Source of the DNA: Candidatus Krumholzibacteriota bacterium | Lineage (GTDB): Bacteria > Krumholzibacteriota > Krumholzibacteriia > JAJRXK01 | Assembly: GCA_963764625.1 (NCBI GenBank) | Contig: CAVXTH010000006.1 | Coordinates: 416,001 to 480,000, forward strand | DNA length: 64,000 nt | Direction: 5' to 3' | Shown: positions 53,579-62,030 of the stretch, in pieces | Layout of the letters: every line of letters begins with the position of its first letter | How positions within the stretch are numbered: the first letter of the stretch is position 1 | Translations under genes and position numbers: made by a program | The notes under the pieces: model-generated | The model's database searches: none | The model's input: only the letters and a program-made list of their open reading frames with translations | What the model was told of the DNA's origin: nothing

Positions 53579-54841
53579 TTGTCACAGTTCTTCCAACCGC
53601 CGGAGATCGACACGGGAAACTCGCAACGGGTCACCGCGGTAGCGGGGCTTTCCGCACTTTACGGTCTCCGGCTTCTGGGCATGTACCTGGTCTTGCCCGT
53701 GCTCAGCCTTTACGCCGCGAACTTGAGGGGAGAGACCGCTCTTTTGATCGGGATGAGCCTGGGGATCTACGGCTTCTCCCAGGCGCTCTTTCAAATCCCC
53801 TTCGGTATATGGAGTGATCGCTACGGCCGGCGCCGCGTCATCGCGATGGGGCTCCTTCTCTTCGCGATCGGGAGCGCGGTGGCGGCCCAAACCCATTCCA
53901 TCTACGGCCTCATTCTCGGGCGCTTTCTGCAGGGTTCTGGCGCGGTCGCGTCCGCTTTGGTGGCACTCATGGCCGACCTCAGCGGCCCGCGCTACCGCGC
54001 TCGGGCCATGGGAGCGGTTGGCGTTTCGGTGGGCATCGCGTTCGCCATGGGGATGGTGTTCGGGCCGGCCGTCTATCAGCGCATGGGAGCGCCCGCGATC
54101 TTCTGGCTCACGGCGATCCTCTCGGTGCTGGGAGTCATCTACGTCGGAGTCGGCGTCCCCAAGGTGCGAGAGTGGGAACACGACCACGAGATGGAATGGA
54201 CGAGGGGCCAGAGCACCACCCTCTTGCACCACCCGACCCTCCTGCGTCTCGACGCCGGTATCCTGGTCCTCCACCTCCTGGTGACCGCAGCTTTCGTGGT
54301 GGGGCCGACCTACCTGTCTCTGTACCGGCCGGTGGAGCAGCACGGCAGCATCTATGCCCCGATCGTCCTGGCCGGGGTGGTGGTCCTGGCCATCTCGGTT
54401 TTCGTCTCGGATCGCTTCGGTCGCCTGCGAGAAGCCATCGTCCTGGGGGGCATCCTGCTGTTGGCCTCCGCGGTGTTTTTGCTCTTCGCGACGAGGGGTC
54501 TGGTGTACTCCGTGGCGGTCATTGCCTGCATGGTTGGCGGCATCGCGATCGCCGAGCCGGCCATGCCGGCGCTCCTCACCAGTCTCGTCTCTGCCGATCA
54601 GCGCGGGACCGCGGCCGGCATCTTCCACACTTCACAGTTCACGGGCTCTTTTCTGGGAGGGATGGCGGGCGGCGCGATGCTGCGCCACCCGAAACCGGTG
54701 GGACTGGTGTTGGTCGGGATAGCCTGTATCTGGGTCGTGATCAGTTTGGGTCTGCTCTCCAAGAGGAGCTCGAAGCTCAGTTCCAGTTCCGCCGCGCCTG
54801 CCAGCGGGCGTGAAGGGAAAACGCCAGGGGGGCGAGACTGA
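53579..54841 (+). CDS. MFS transporter (YajR-like)
   Basis: LRLLGMYLVLPV, QALFQIPFGIWSDRYGRR and SQFTGSFLGG motifs. Confidence 0.88.
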   Translation: MSQFFQPPEIDTGNSQRVTAVAGLSALYGLRLLGMYLVLPVLSLYAANLRGETALLIGMSLGIYGFSQALFQIPFGIWSDRYGRRRVIAMGLLLFAIGSAVAAQTHSIYGLILGRFLQGSGAVASALVALMADLSGPRYRARAMGAVGVSVGIAFAMGMVFGPAVYQRMGAPAIFWLTAILSVLGVIYVGVGVPKVREWEHDHEMEWTRGQSTTLLHHPTLLRLDAGILVLHLLVTAAFVVGPTYLSLYRPVEQHGSIYAPIVLAGVVVLAISVFVSDRFGRLREAIVLGGILLLASAVFLLFATRGLVYSVAVIACMVGGIAIAEPAMPALLTSLVSADQRGTAAGIFHTSQFTGSFLGGMAGGAMLRHPKPVGLVLVGIACIWVVISLGLLSKRSSKLSSSSAAPASGREGKTPGGRD

Positions 54842-55733
54842 GCGCCAGGATCCAACCCGCGATCGCGTCGACTCCATAGTGAAACCCACCATAGACCGTG
54901 CCCACCGTCAGGGCCGGGACGAGCGCGGCGAGAAACCACCCCGCACGGCTGCGCGCCCTGAGCACCGTGATCCAGCAAATGGCGGCCACGGCGCAGTGCG
55001 AACTGGGGAAGGCCGTTCCCACCGAGGAGCCCGAATGCAGAATGGAGTGCACCAGAGGGGGAAAGAAGCGTCCCATGCTCGTGGGATCCGGTTCGGGGAA
55101 GTGGTGGAAGGGTCCCGCCACGGGAAACCCGATGAACACCAGCTGGCAGGCCACGAATACCAGCAGGAGGGCGCTGAGGTATTCCTCGACTTCCCTCCAG
55201 CGTCCGCCCAGGGCGAAGGCTACCAGGGGGGTCGGGATGATGATGTAATAGCTTAGGTAAGCAAAGTGAAGATATTCGGATAAAAGGAGATAAGGCATCC
55301 TTTGGTGAAGCACCAAGGGGAGTACCTGGCCGTGAAATAGCGCGCGTTCGAGTCCCAGGATCGTCTCGTCGAAATAGCGGGAGGCGAAGAACATGTCGTT
55401 GAGGTCGCGGGCCTCGGCATAGAGCAGAGGGATGAAGAGGAGGGGGAGGATCCTGCGGGCCCAGGCCACAAACCGATTCTCGATGCGCGCCGGCGCACGG
55501 TGCAGGACGAGGAGAAAGAGAACGATCGCGAGATTGCCCGCCAGCAAGCGCACCCAATGAGCGACCCCCGCGTGAAAGAACGGCAACAGGAGCACCGTCA
55601 ATAACAGATACGCCCCCACGATGCCCTCGGAAGGGCGGAGACCCCGGCCGAACTGATCCGCCGCGAGGATGCCGGGTGCACCTGTCGTCGCTGGCTTCGC
55701 GGCCGAACCCGCTTTGCGGGGGCGCGCGTTCAT
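54777..55733 (-). CDS. PAP2-superfamily membrane enzyme, AUR1/IPC-synthase-like
   Basis: AYLSYY, FPVAGP, AFPSSH and YGGFHYGVD (H/H/D triad) motifs; multiple TMs. ATGA overlap with the upstream SDR gene. Confidence 0.75.
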   Translation of the reverse strand: MNARPRKAGSAAKPATTGAPGILAADQFGRGLRPSEGIVGAYLLLTVLLLPFFHAGVAHWVRLLAGNLAIVLFLLVLHRAPARIENRFVAWARRILPLLFIPLLYAEARDLNDMFFASRYFDETILGLERALFHGQVLPLVLHQRMPYLLLSEYLHFAYLSYYIIIPTPLVAFALGGRWREVEEYLSALLLVFVACQLVFIGFPVAGPFHHFPEPDPTSMGRFFPPLVHSILHSGSSVGTAFPSSHCAVAAICWITVLRARSRAGWFLAALVPALTVGTVYGGFHYGVDAIAGWILALSLAPLAFSLHARWQARRNWN

Positions 55734-56707
55734 AGCCACCCTGCCTCCCGGTACCAGTCCATCGTCGCGCGCATTCCCTCCGCGAGCTCAACTTGGGGCC
55801 GGTAGGCGAAACGCGCGGCTGCTGCCTCACTGCTGCAGCTGTACGAGCGCGCGCAGAAATCGCGCGCTTTCTCCCTTCCGAACATGGCCTGACGTCCCAA
55901 GAGGCTGTGCGCGGCGTCGTTCACCGCTCCGGCGGTGCGAACCAACCAATCGGGGAGGGTGAGGACGAAGACGCGGCGTCCCGCCGCGCCGGTGAGAGCG
56001 GCTCCGATCTCTGTCCAGCTGTGCGGCGTTCCGTCGCTGAGAAAATAGGTTCCGATCCCGCCCTCATGCTGCGAGGCGGCCACCATGCCCGTCACCAGAT
56101 CCTGCACGTGGATCAGGGAGAGCAGCCGTTCGCCCGATCCCACGCAGAACGCGAAACCACGGGCTGCTAGGGCGAAGAGAGGAAGCGTGGCCGCGTCGCG
56201 CGGTCCGTACACCGCTGGCGGCCGAATCACGGTCAGCGCCGGTCCCGAGAGCGCGCGCAGGGCGACCTCGGCCTCCAGTTTGGAGCGGCCGTACAGACTG
56301 TGGGGATGAGGCCGATCCTCTTCGCGATAGACGCGTCCCTCCCCGCCAGCTCCCATGGCCGCCAAGCTGGACACGAAGATGAAGCGTCCCTGCGCGGGGG
56401 CGAACTGGGCGAAACGGCGATAGAGAGTGAGGGTGGCGTCGACGTTCACGCGGCGAAAAGTCTCTCGGCGCGCTGCCTTAAGCACCGCCGCGACGTGAAA
56501 TACGCGGTCGACCCCGTGTAGGGCGGCTTCGGGAATTTCCCCTTGGGCAAGCTCTCCGTGGTGGATTTCCACTCGATCCGTGTCCAGGAACCGTAGCTTC
56601 GAACTCTTGCGGACCAGCGCGCGAACCTCGTGCCCTTGGCGCAGAAGTTCGTCCACGAGATGGCTTCCCACAAAACCGTTGGCGCCGGTGACCAGGACTG
56701 CCACCAC
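55730..56707 (-). CDS. NAD-dependent epimerase/dehydratase-family SDR, candidate ceramide (3-oxo) reductase
   Basis: TGANGFVG, VSSLAA, YGRSK and RPPAVYGP motifs. Function inferred from operon context. Confidence 0.75.
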   Translation of the reverse strand: MVAVLVTGANGFVGSHLVDELLRQGHEVRALVRKSSKLRFLDTDRVEIHHGELAQGEIPEAALHGVDRVFHVAAVLKAARRETFRRVNVDATLTLYRRFAQFAPAQGRFIFVSSLAAMGAGGEGRVYREEDRPHPHSLYGRSKLEAEVALRALSGPALTVIRPPAVYGPRDAATLPLFALAARGFAFCVGSGERLLSLIHVQDLVTGMVAASQHEGGIGTYFLSDGTPHSWTEIGAALTGAAGRRVFVLTLPDWLVRTAGAVNDAAHSLLGRQAMFGREKARDFCARSYSCSSEAAAARFAYRPQVELAEGMRATMDWYREAGWL

Positions 56708-56713
56708 AGGACC

Positions 56714-57835
56714 TCAGAGTTCTTTCTGATAGATGCGGTAGGTGCGGTAGGGCTCCCCGGCTAATTTCTGCAGGGGAACGATCATTGGCACGTTGTCTTC
56801 CAACACCCAGGAGCATTCGGCCCAATCGTAACCCTTGGCCAAGCCTGCCTTCACCACCGCCTGGATGAGAACACCATCGAGTCCCTTGCCTCGCATTTCG
56901 GGGACGATGCCCAGAGTGACGACCCGAATGCCGTCGATCTTGCGTTTGTGCCACAAGATCTTCAAGAGCCCCAGGGGGAAGAGGCGACCGTTGGCTTGCT
57001 TCAGGGCCACGTTCAGATCGGGCAGAGCCAGGATGAACCCCAGGGGTTCTCCGCTCTCGACGTGCTCCAGGAAGAAGACGACATCGGGGTCGATGCCGTA
57101 ACGGAGTTCGGAAGCGAAGTGACGGACTTCGCTCTCGGTCATGGGAACGAAGCCCCAGTTCTTCTCCCAGCAGCGGTTGTAGAGATCGAGTATGCGGTCA
57201 ACTTCCTTGGGGAAGTCCTTCATGTTCAAGCCACGCAGACGCACCCCGTGTCGTGCGATCAGTTTGTCCGCCAGCGCCAACAGTCGATCGAGCTCGGGAC
57301 TCCGGCGCACTTTGAAGGCCAAGAGGTCCTTCGCTTTGCTCAAACCCGCCGCTTCGTATCGCGCCGGATACCAGGAAGGATTGTAGTTCATCATGATCAC
57401 GGGGGGACCCGGTTCACCGCCCACCAAGAGACCGCAGCTCTCGTTGGTGGAGAGCTCGAACGGACCGAGCGCATGACTTCGACCTCTGGATTTCAACCAG
57501 GAGAAAGCCTCTTCGAACAGAGCCGCCGAGGCTTCGTCATCCTCGCGCAGCGCATCGTGAAACCCGAAGAATCCCACTTCGTCGCCGTGGAATTCGTTGT
57601 GGGCCCGGTTGACTTGCGCCACTACCCGGCCCACCACTTTCCCGTCGCGCCAGGCGAGAAATGGCTGAACCTCGCCGTGTTCATGGAAGGGGTGTTGCCC
57701 GGGAGTGAGCAACTTGCTCTGGTCGGACTTGAGCGGTGGCACCCAGTACGGATCATCCCGGTAGATTTGCCAAGCCAAGTCGATGAATCGCTTGAGATCG
57801 GCGCGACCCTGTACCGGACGGATCGTAAGACTCAT
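56714..57835 (-). CDS. GNAT-fold acyltransferase, bacterial ceramide synthase (bCerS)-like
   Basis: FIDLAWQIYRDDPYWVPPL, VGR, GFFG, GPF..STNE.CGLL, MMNYNP, NWGFVPMT, LPDLN and SWVLEDN motifs. Directly downstream of the SPT gene. Confidence 0.78.
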   Translation of the reverse strand: MSLTIRPVQGRADLKRFIDLAWQIYRDDPYWVPPLKSDQSKLLTPGQHPFHEHGEVQPFLAWRDGKVVGRVVAQVNRAHNEFHGDEVGFFGFHDALREDDEASAALFEEAFSWLKSRGRSHALGPFELSTNESCGLLVGGEPGPPVIMMNYNPSWYPARYEAAGLSKAKDLLAFKVRRSPELDRLLALADKLIARHGVRLRGLNMKDFPKEVDRILDLYNRCWEKNWGFVPMTESEVRHFASELRYGIDPDVVFFLEHVESGEPLGFILALPDLNVALKQANGRLFPLGLLKILWHKRKIDGIRVVTLGIVPEMRGKGLDGVLIQAVVKAGLAKGYDWAECSWVLEDNVPMIVPLQKLAGEPYRTYRIYQKEL

Positions 57836-57856
57836 GAATGCTCCCCACGCAACGGC

Positions 57857-59086
57857 TCAGATGAGCCCAAGTTCCTTGCCGACCCGGCGGAAGATCTCGA
57901 GCGCGCGGTGCAGTTGATCGTCGGTGTGGGTGGCGATGTACGAGGTCCGTAGCAGGGCTCTGCCTTCGGGGACCGCGGGGGAAACCACGGGGTTGGTGAA
58001 GACTCCGCCGTCCAGAAGTGTCCTCCACAACTGGAAGGCCATTCTCGACTCACCGATGACGATGGGGATGATGGGCGTCTCGGTCAATCCCACGTCCCAA
58101 CCCATTCCCGTCAGTTCGTTCTTCATCAGGTTCTGAATTTCCCATAAACGGACGCGTCGTTCGGGTTCGGTCCGGATGATCTCGAGACTCTTGAGGACCG
58201 TGGCCACTGCGTAGGGGGGGATGGCGGCGGAGAAGATCATGGGGCGAGCGTTGTGGCGCAGGAAATCGATGACCGCGCTGTCGCCCGCCATGAATCCCCC
58301 GATCGAAGCGAAGGACTTGGAGAAGGTCCCCATGATGAGATCGGTCTCGGCGGCCAGACCGAAATGATCGGTCACTCCCGCCCCCTTGGGGCCGACGACC
58401 CCCAGCGAATGGGCTTCGTCGACGAGGACGCGCGCGCCAGAGGCATGGGCCAGCTCCACAACCTGGGGGAGCGGCGTCAAGTCCCCGTCCATCGAAAAGA
58501 CCCCGTCGACTGCGATGAGCACTCCCCGGTTGGTGGGAATCCGCTGGAGTTGATCGGCCAGGTCGCGCATGTCGTTGTGCCTAAAGCGCGCGACTTGGCC
58601 GGCGGCCATCATCGCGCCGTCCACGATACAGGCGTGATCCAGCTTGTCGATGAGCGCCGTGTCGTCGCGACCCACCAACGCCGCGATGCAACCCAAGTTG
58701 GTTTGATAGCCGGTGGAGAAGACGAGGCTCTCTTCCTTGCCCACGAACTCCGCCAACTCGGCTTCGAGCTTCAGGTGGAGGTCGAGCGTGCCGTTCAAGA
58801 AGCGGCTTCCGGTGCAGCCGGCGCCATAGGATCGGGCGGCTGCCTCACCCGCCTCCAGCACGCGAGGATCGTGGGTGAGTCCCAGATAGTTGTTGGAGCC
58901 CAGCATGACCACCGGCTTGCCGGCGATCGTCACTTCGGTTCCTTCGCTGCCCTCGATGGGAATGAAATAGGGATACAATCCCGTGGCGCGAGTCTCCCGG
59001 GCTCGGGTGTAAGAGGCTGCCTTCTGGAAGACATCCTCGCGCTCTTGGGTGTTGGGTTTGCGACTCGTCTGTGGATTTGGATTCAT
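57857..59086 (-). CDS. spt: Serine palmitoyltransferase (alpha-oxoamine synthase family)
   Basis: LYPYF, MLGSNNYLGL, GCTGSRFLNGTLDLH, DEAHS and GTFSKSFAS (PLP lysine). These match SPT rather than BioF or Kbl, which typically have GTLGKA. Confidence 0.82.
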   Translation of the reverse strand: MNPNPQTSRKPNTQEREDVFQKAASYTRARETRATGLYPYFIPIEGSEGTEVTIAGKPVVMLGSNNYLGLTHDPRVLEAGEAAARSYGAGCTGSRFLNGTLDLHLKLEAELAEFVGKEESLVFSTGYQTNLGCIAALVGRDDTALIDKLDHACIVDGAMMAAGQVARFRHNDMRDLADQLQRIPTNRGVLIAVDGVFSMDGDLTPLPQVVELAHASGARVLVDEAHSLGVVGPKGAGVTDHFGLAAETDLIMGTFSKSFASIGGFMAGDSAVIDFLRHNARPMIFSAAIPPYAVATVLKSLEIIRTEPERRVRLWEIQNLMKNELTGMGWDVGLTETPIIPIVIGESRMAFQLWRTLLDGGVFTNPVVSPAVPEGRALLRTSYIATHTDDQLHRALEIFRRVGKELGLI

Positions 59087-59092
59087 CGATTC

Positions 59093-59812
59093 TTAGACGT
59101 CCAGGAGAGAGAGATCCTCGGTGTCGCCGCCAGGCCCCCAATAGGCTTCCTCGGTTCGCGGCGCCCGCGGGGCAAAGAAGAATAGCGCTAAGATGGCACT
59201 CAGCAACAGACCAGCAAGAAGGACGGGAATCCACCAGGCGATCGGCCCCGTCTGCAGATTCTCGCGGAGATCGTCCCAGCTATGAGCTTCCACTGGATTC
59301 AACACGATTTTCAGCGACCATGCCAGGAGAAGTACTGCGTAGATCACCCAGTAATTGCGAGTGAACCTGGCCCTCAGGGCCGACAACAAGGTGATCTTGA
59401 ACTGGGGATTGAGAAGATCCGCCGCCACCCGCTGCCCCCAGGCCTCATCCGGGCTGACCGGATCCCGCCGCAGGATGGGCCCGTAGAAATTCTCCTCGAT
59501 CATGCGCACCCGGGCCCTCCACACGTCGAAAAAGCGGAAGCGCCGCGCTTCGTAGCCGAGCAGGGCGCTGACGAGCAGGAACCCCACCAAGAGACTCCAG
59601 TGTGAATGCCCGGTGGAGCTGAAGGAATAGCTCAGCAGTCCGGCGGTCGTCAAGATGGCCCAATTCGTCGTGGTGTCCAGCCGCAGACGCCAGGCGTTGG
59701 CCCGGTACAGCTCTCCTCGATAGAGGTGTACGACCGCCGTCACGTACTCGGCACGGCTGAGCGCTTGGCTTTCGTAGTCCGCGCGACCTGTCTGCTCAGT
59801 GACCACCGTCAT
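59093..59812 (-). CDS. DUF2270-family membrane protein
   Basis: HLYRGE...WRLRLDTTTNWA, EARRFRFFDVWRARVR.IE and AW..KI motifs. Confidence 0.8.
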   Translation of the reverse strand: MTVVTEQTGRADYESQALSRAEYVTAVVHLYRGELYRANAWRLRLDTTTNWAILTTAGLLSYSFSSTGHSHWSLLVGFLLVSALLGYEARRFRFFDVWRARVRMIEENFYGPILRRDPVSPDEAWGQRVAADLLNPQFKITLLSALRARFTRNYWVIYAVLLLAWSLKIVLNPVEAHSWDDLRENLQTGPIAWWIPVLLAGLLLSAILALFFFAPRAPRTEEAYWGPGGDTEDLSLLDV

Positions 59813-59936
59813 ACTCCTTTTCCCGGCGTTACTCTAGCCTGATAAGGCCCTGCTCTTCAACAACCGTTGCCAAGCGAAGCGAGCCAGCGCATCCTCAGAC
59901 CTGACTCTCGCGGAGGCGCCGGGCGCGCTTTGGGAT

Positions 59937-61052
59937 ATGCGAATCCTCGAGTTGGGAAAATTCTACCCCCCGGTGCGTGGCGGGATGGAGAGCGCGCTCG
60001 AGCAAATCTGCTTGGGTTTGAGGGGCCATGGACACCGGATTCTGGCCCTGGTTTCGGCCGACGGAAGACGGCCCAGCCTGCGCCTCGTGCGGGGAGTGGC
60101 GGTTTGGCGACTCGCGCGCTGGGGTCAGCTTCTGAGCGTTCCCCTGAATCCCCACCTCGCCAGGGCCCTGCACCGAGCCCAGTGGGGGTTTCGTCCCCAG
60201 CTGGTGCATCTGCACCTGCCCAACCCCTCGATGGCGCTCGCCTGGCTGCTCTTCGGCGACCCGCGCTTGCCCTTGGTGGTCAGCTACCACAGCGACATCA
60301 TTCGACAGCGGCGCTGGAAGTGGCTCGTGGAGCCGTTGCGCCAGCGCGTTCTGGCACGTGCGGCGAGAATCGTGGTGACCAGCGAGGCCCTGAAAAGCTC
60401 CAGCCAGAGCCTGACGGGGCACCGCGCGCGCTGTATCGTCATTCCTCTGGGGGTCGACGTAAACGCGATCACCCCCGGTCCGCCGCTGAACCCGGAGACC
60501 CTTCCCTTCCCTCGCTACTTTCTCTTCGTCGGCCGCATGGTGTACTACAAAGGTCTGGAGATCCTGCTCGCCGCCCTTCAGGAGGAAGAGATGCCTCTGG
60601 TGGTAGTGGGGGAAGGGCCGCTGCGAAGGCGCTGGGAGGAGCAAGCGCGGGCGCGAGGGATGATCGCCCGGGTGCACTTCGCGGGCGAAGTCTCCCCCGA
60701 GAGGCTCGATACCCTCTACCGCGGCTGCATCGCCCAGGTGCTTCCCAGTACGGCGCCGAGTGAGACCTTCGGCCTGGTGCAGCTGGAAGCCATGGCCCGC
60801 GGAAGACCGGTGGTGGCGGCGCGCGCCTCCGGTGGGGTGGTCTCGGTCCAGGAAGAGGGCGTCACCGGCCTCTTGGTTCCGCCGGGCGACGCCCCCTCGC
60901 TCGCATCCGCGCTCCGGACACTCTGGGACGACCCGGAACGTGCCCACGCAATGGGGGCTGCGGCCCGGGAGCGGGTGGTGGCACAGTTCGATCAGCGGCG
61001 GAGAATGGCGGAAATGGCGGGGGTCTTCCAGGAGCTGGTGCGTGATGGATAG
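59937..61052 (+). CDS. GT4-family glycosyltransferase
   Basis: KFYPPVRGGME, HLHLPNP, YHSD, VGRMVYYKG and ETFGLVQLEAM (EX7E) motifs. Confidence 0.92.
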   Translation: MRILELGKFYPPVRGGMESALEQICLGLRGHGHRILALVSADGRRPSLRLVRGVAVWRLARWGQLLSVPLNPHLARALHRAQWGFRPQLVHLHLPNPSMALAWLLFGDPRLPLVVSYHSDIIRQRRWKWLVEPLRQRVLARAARIVVTSEALKSSSQSLTGHRARCIVIPLGVDVNAITPGPPLNPETLPFPRYFLFVGRMVYYKGLEILLAALQEEEMPLVVVGEGPLRRRWEEQARARGMIARVHFAGEVSPERLDTLYRGCIAQVLPSTAPSETFGLVQLEAMARGRPVVAARASGGVVSVQEEGVTGLLVPPGDAPSLASALRTLWDDPERAHAMGAAARERVVAQFDQRRRMAEMAGVFQELVRDG

Positions 61053-61902
61053 TCAAGATCAGGTTCGGTTTCTCACCCCGTGGACTCTGCTGCTCCCCGC
61101 CGGCGGGGGACGGGTTCTCACCGCGGTGGGCAGCGGGGGCAAGAGCGCACTCCTGGACCGCCTGTACCGCCACTATCGCGCCGAGGGGTTCAGCGTGCTG
61201 TGGACGCAGACGGTGGATCACGCTCCTCCTAAGGGCCTGATGGCCAGGAGCGACTCGGCTCCGCTGGACGAACTGCGGAGGGAGTTTCGCCATCACGCCG
61301 CGCTGTTCGTGGCGGGGGAACGCGATGCGGAGGGACACGCGCGCGGGCTTTCGGCCTTGAGGGTGGAGGAGCTTCGCCGCGCCCTCGCCCCCGAGGTGGT
61401 GCTGGTGGAAGCCCAGGCCAGGCGGGACAGCGCCGCGCTGGCAGAGCTCGGGCCGCCGGAGTGGCCCGCGCCGGTTCATCTGGTTTTCGCGGTAGCGGGC
61501 TTGCAGGCAGTGGGAAGAATCCGAAGCCATGGCACCGAGGGTGCGCTTCGCTCCGAGCTGAGCGTAGAGGGCGACCCGCCGCTGCGCGTTTGCACCCAGG
61601 ACGTACTGCGCCGCTTCACCGCCCCCGGTGGGCTTCTCGATCTCGTCCCGCAGGGAGTGCCCTGCTTGCCCTTCCTCGCCGGTCTCGGGAGCTTCCGTGA
61701 CCTGGACGGGATGTTCGAGCTGGTGGCGACACTGTGGGAGGACACGCGCGTGAAAGCGGTTTTGCTGGGTGAACTGATCGGGCAGGAACGAATCGACGCG
61801 GCGGAAGAGGCGGCAGCGGCTCCGCTGGGAGGTGCTCCGCATCTCTCAGGGGAACGCGTCTACGCTCTCTATCCTTCGCGGTTGGACGAAGCATCCGAGT
61901 AG
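61045..61902 (+). CDS. Degenerate YqeC-like P-loop protein
   Basis: VLTAVGSGGKS...GFSVLWTQT and VVLVEA resemble YqeC (VGAGGKTT, VLVTTTT, LVEADG), but key residues diverge. Overlaps the GT4 stop. Confidence 0.5.
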   Translation: MDSQDQVRFLTPWTLLLPAGGGRVLTAVGSGGKSALLDRLYRHYRAEGFSVLWTQTVDHAPPKGLMARSDSAPLDELRREFRHHAALFVAGERDAEGHARGLSALRVEELRRALAPEVVLVEAQARRDSAALAELGPPEWPAPVHLVFAVAGLQAVGRIRSHGTEGALRSELSVEGDPPLRVCTQDVLRRFTAPGGLLDLVPQGVPCLPFLAGLGSFRDLDGMFELVATLWEDTRVKAVLLGELIGQERIDAAEEAAAAPLGGAPHLSGERVYALYPSRLDEASE

Positions 61903-62030
61903 GAAGTTGTCGCGTGCTCGCTCGCTCCCTATACTGACGCGCGTCGAGACGATCCCGAAGCAGAGCGTCTCCCACACCAACTCGCCCCACGTCATCACAA
62001 TCTCGCCGTTTAGTGCAGAAGGAGTCCTGC

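Noticed and set aside
54777-54841. 65-nt convergent overlap of the MFS and PAP2 genes (and 22 nt at 42092-42113)
   Set aside because: Short tail-to-tail overlaps are common in compact GC-rich genomes, and there is no sign of function.
57857-59086. Alternative call as BioF or Kbl
   Set aside because: The GSRFLNGT and GTFSKS motifs and the adjacent bCerS-like gene favour SPT, and no bio or tdh genes are adjacent.
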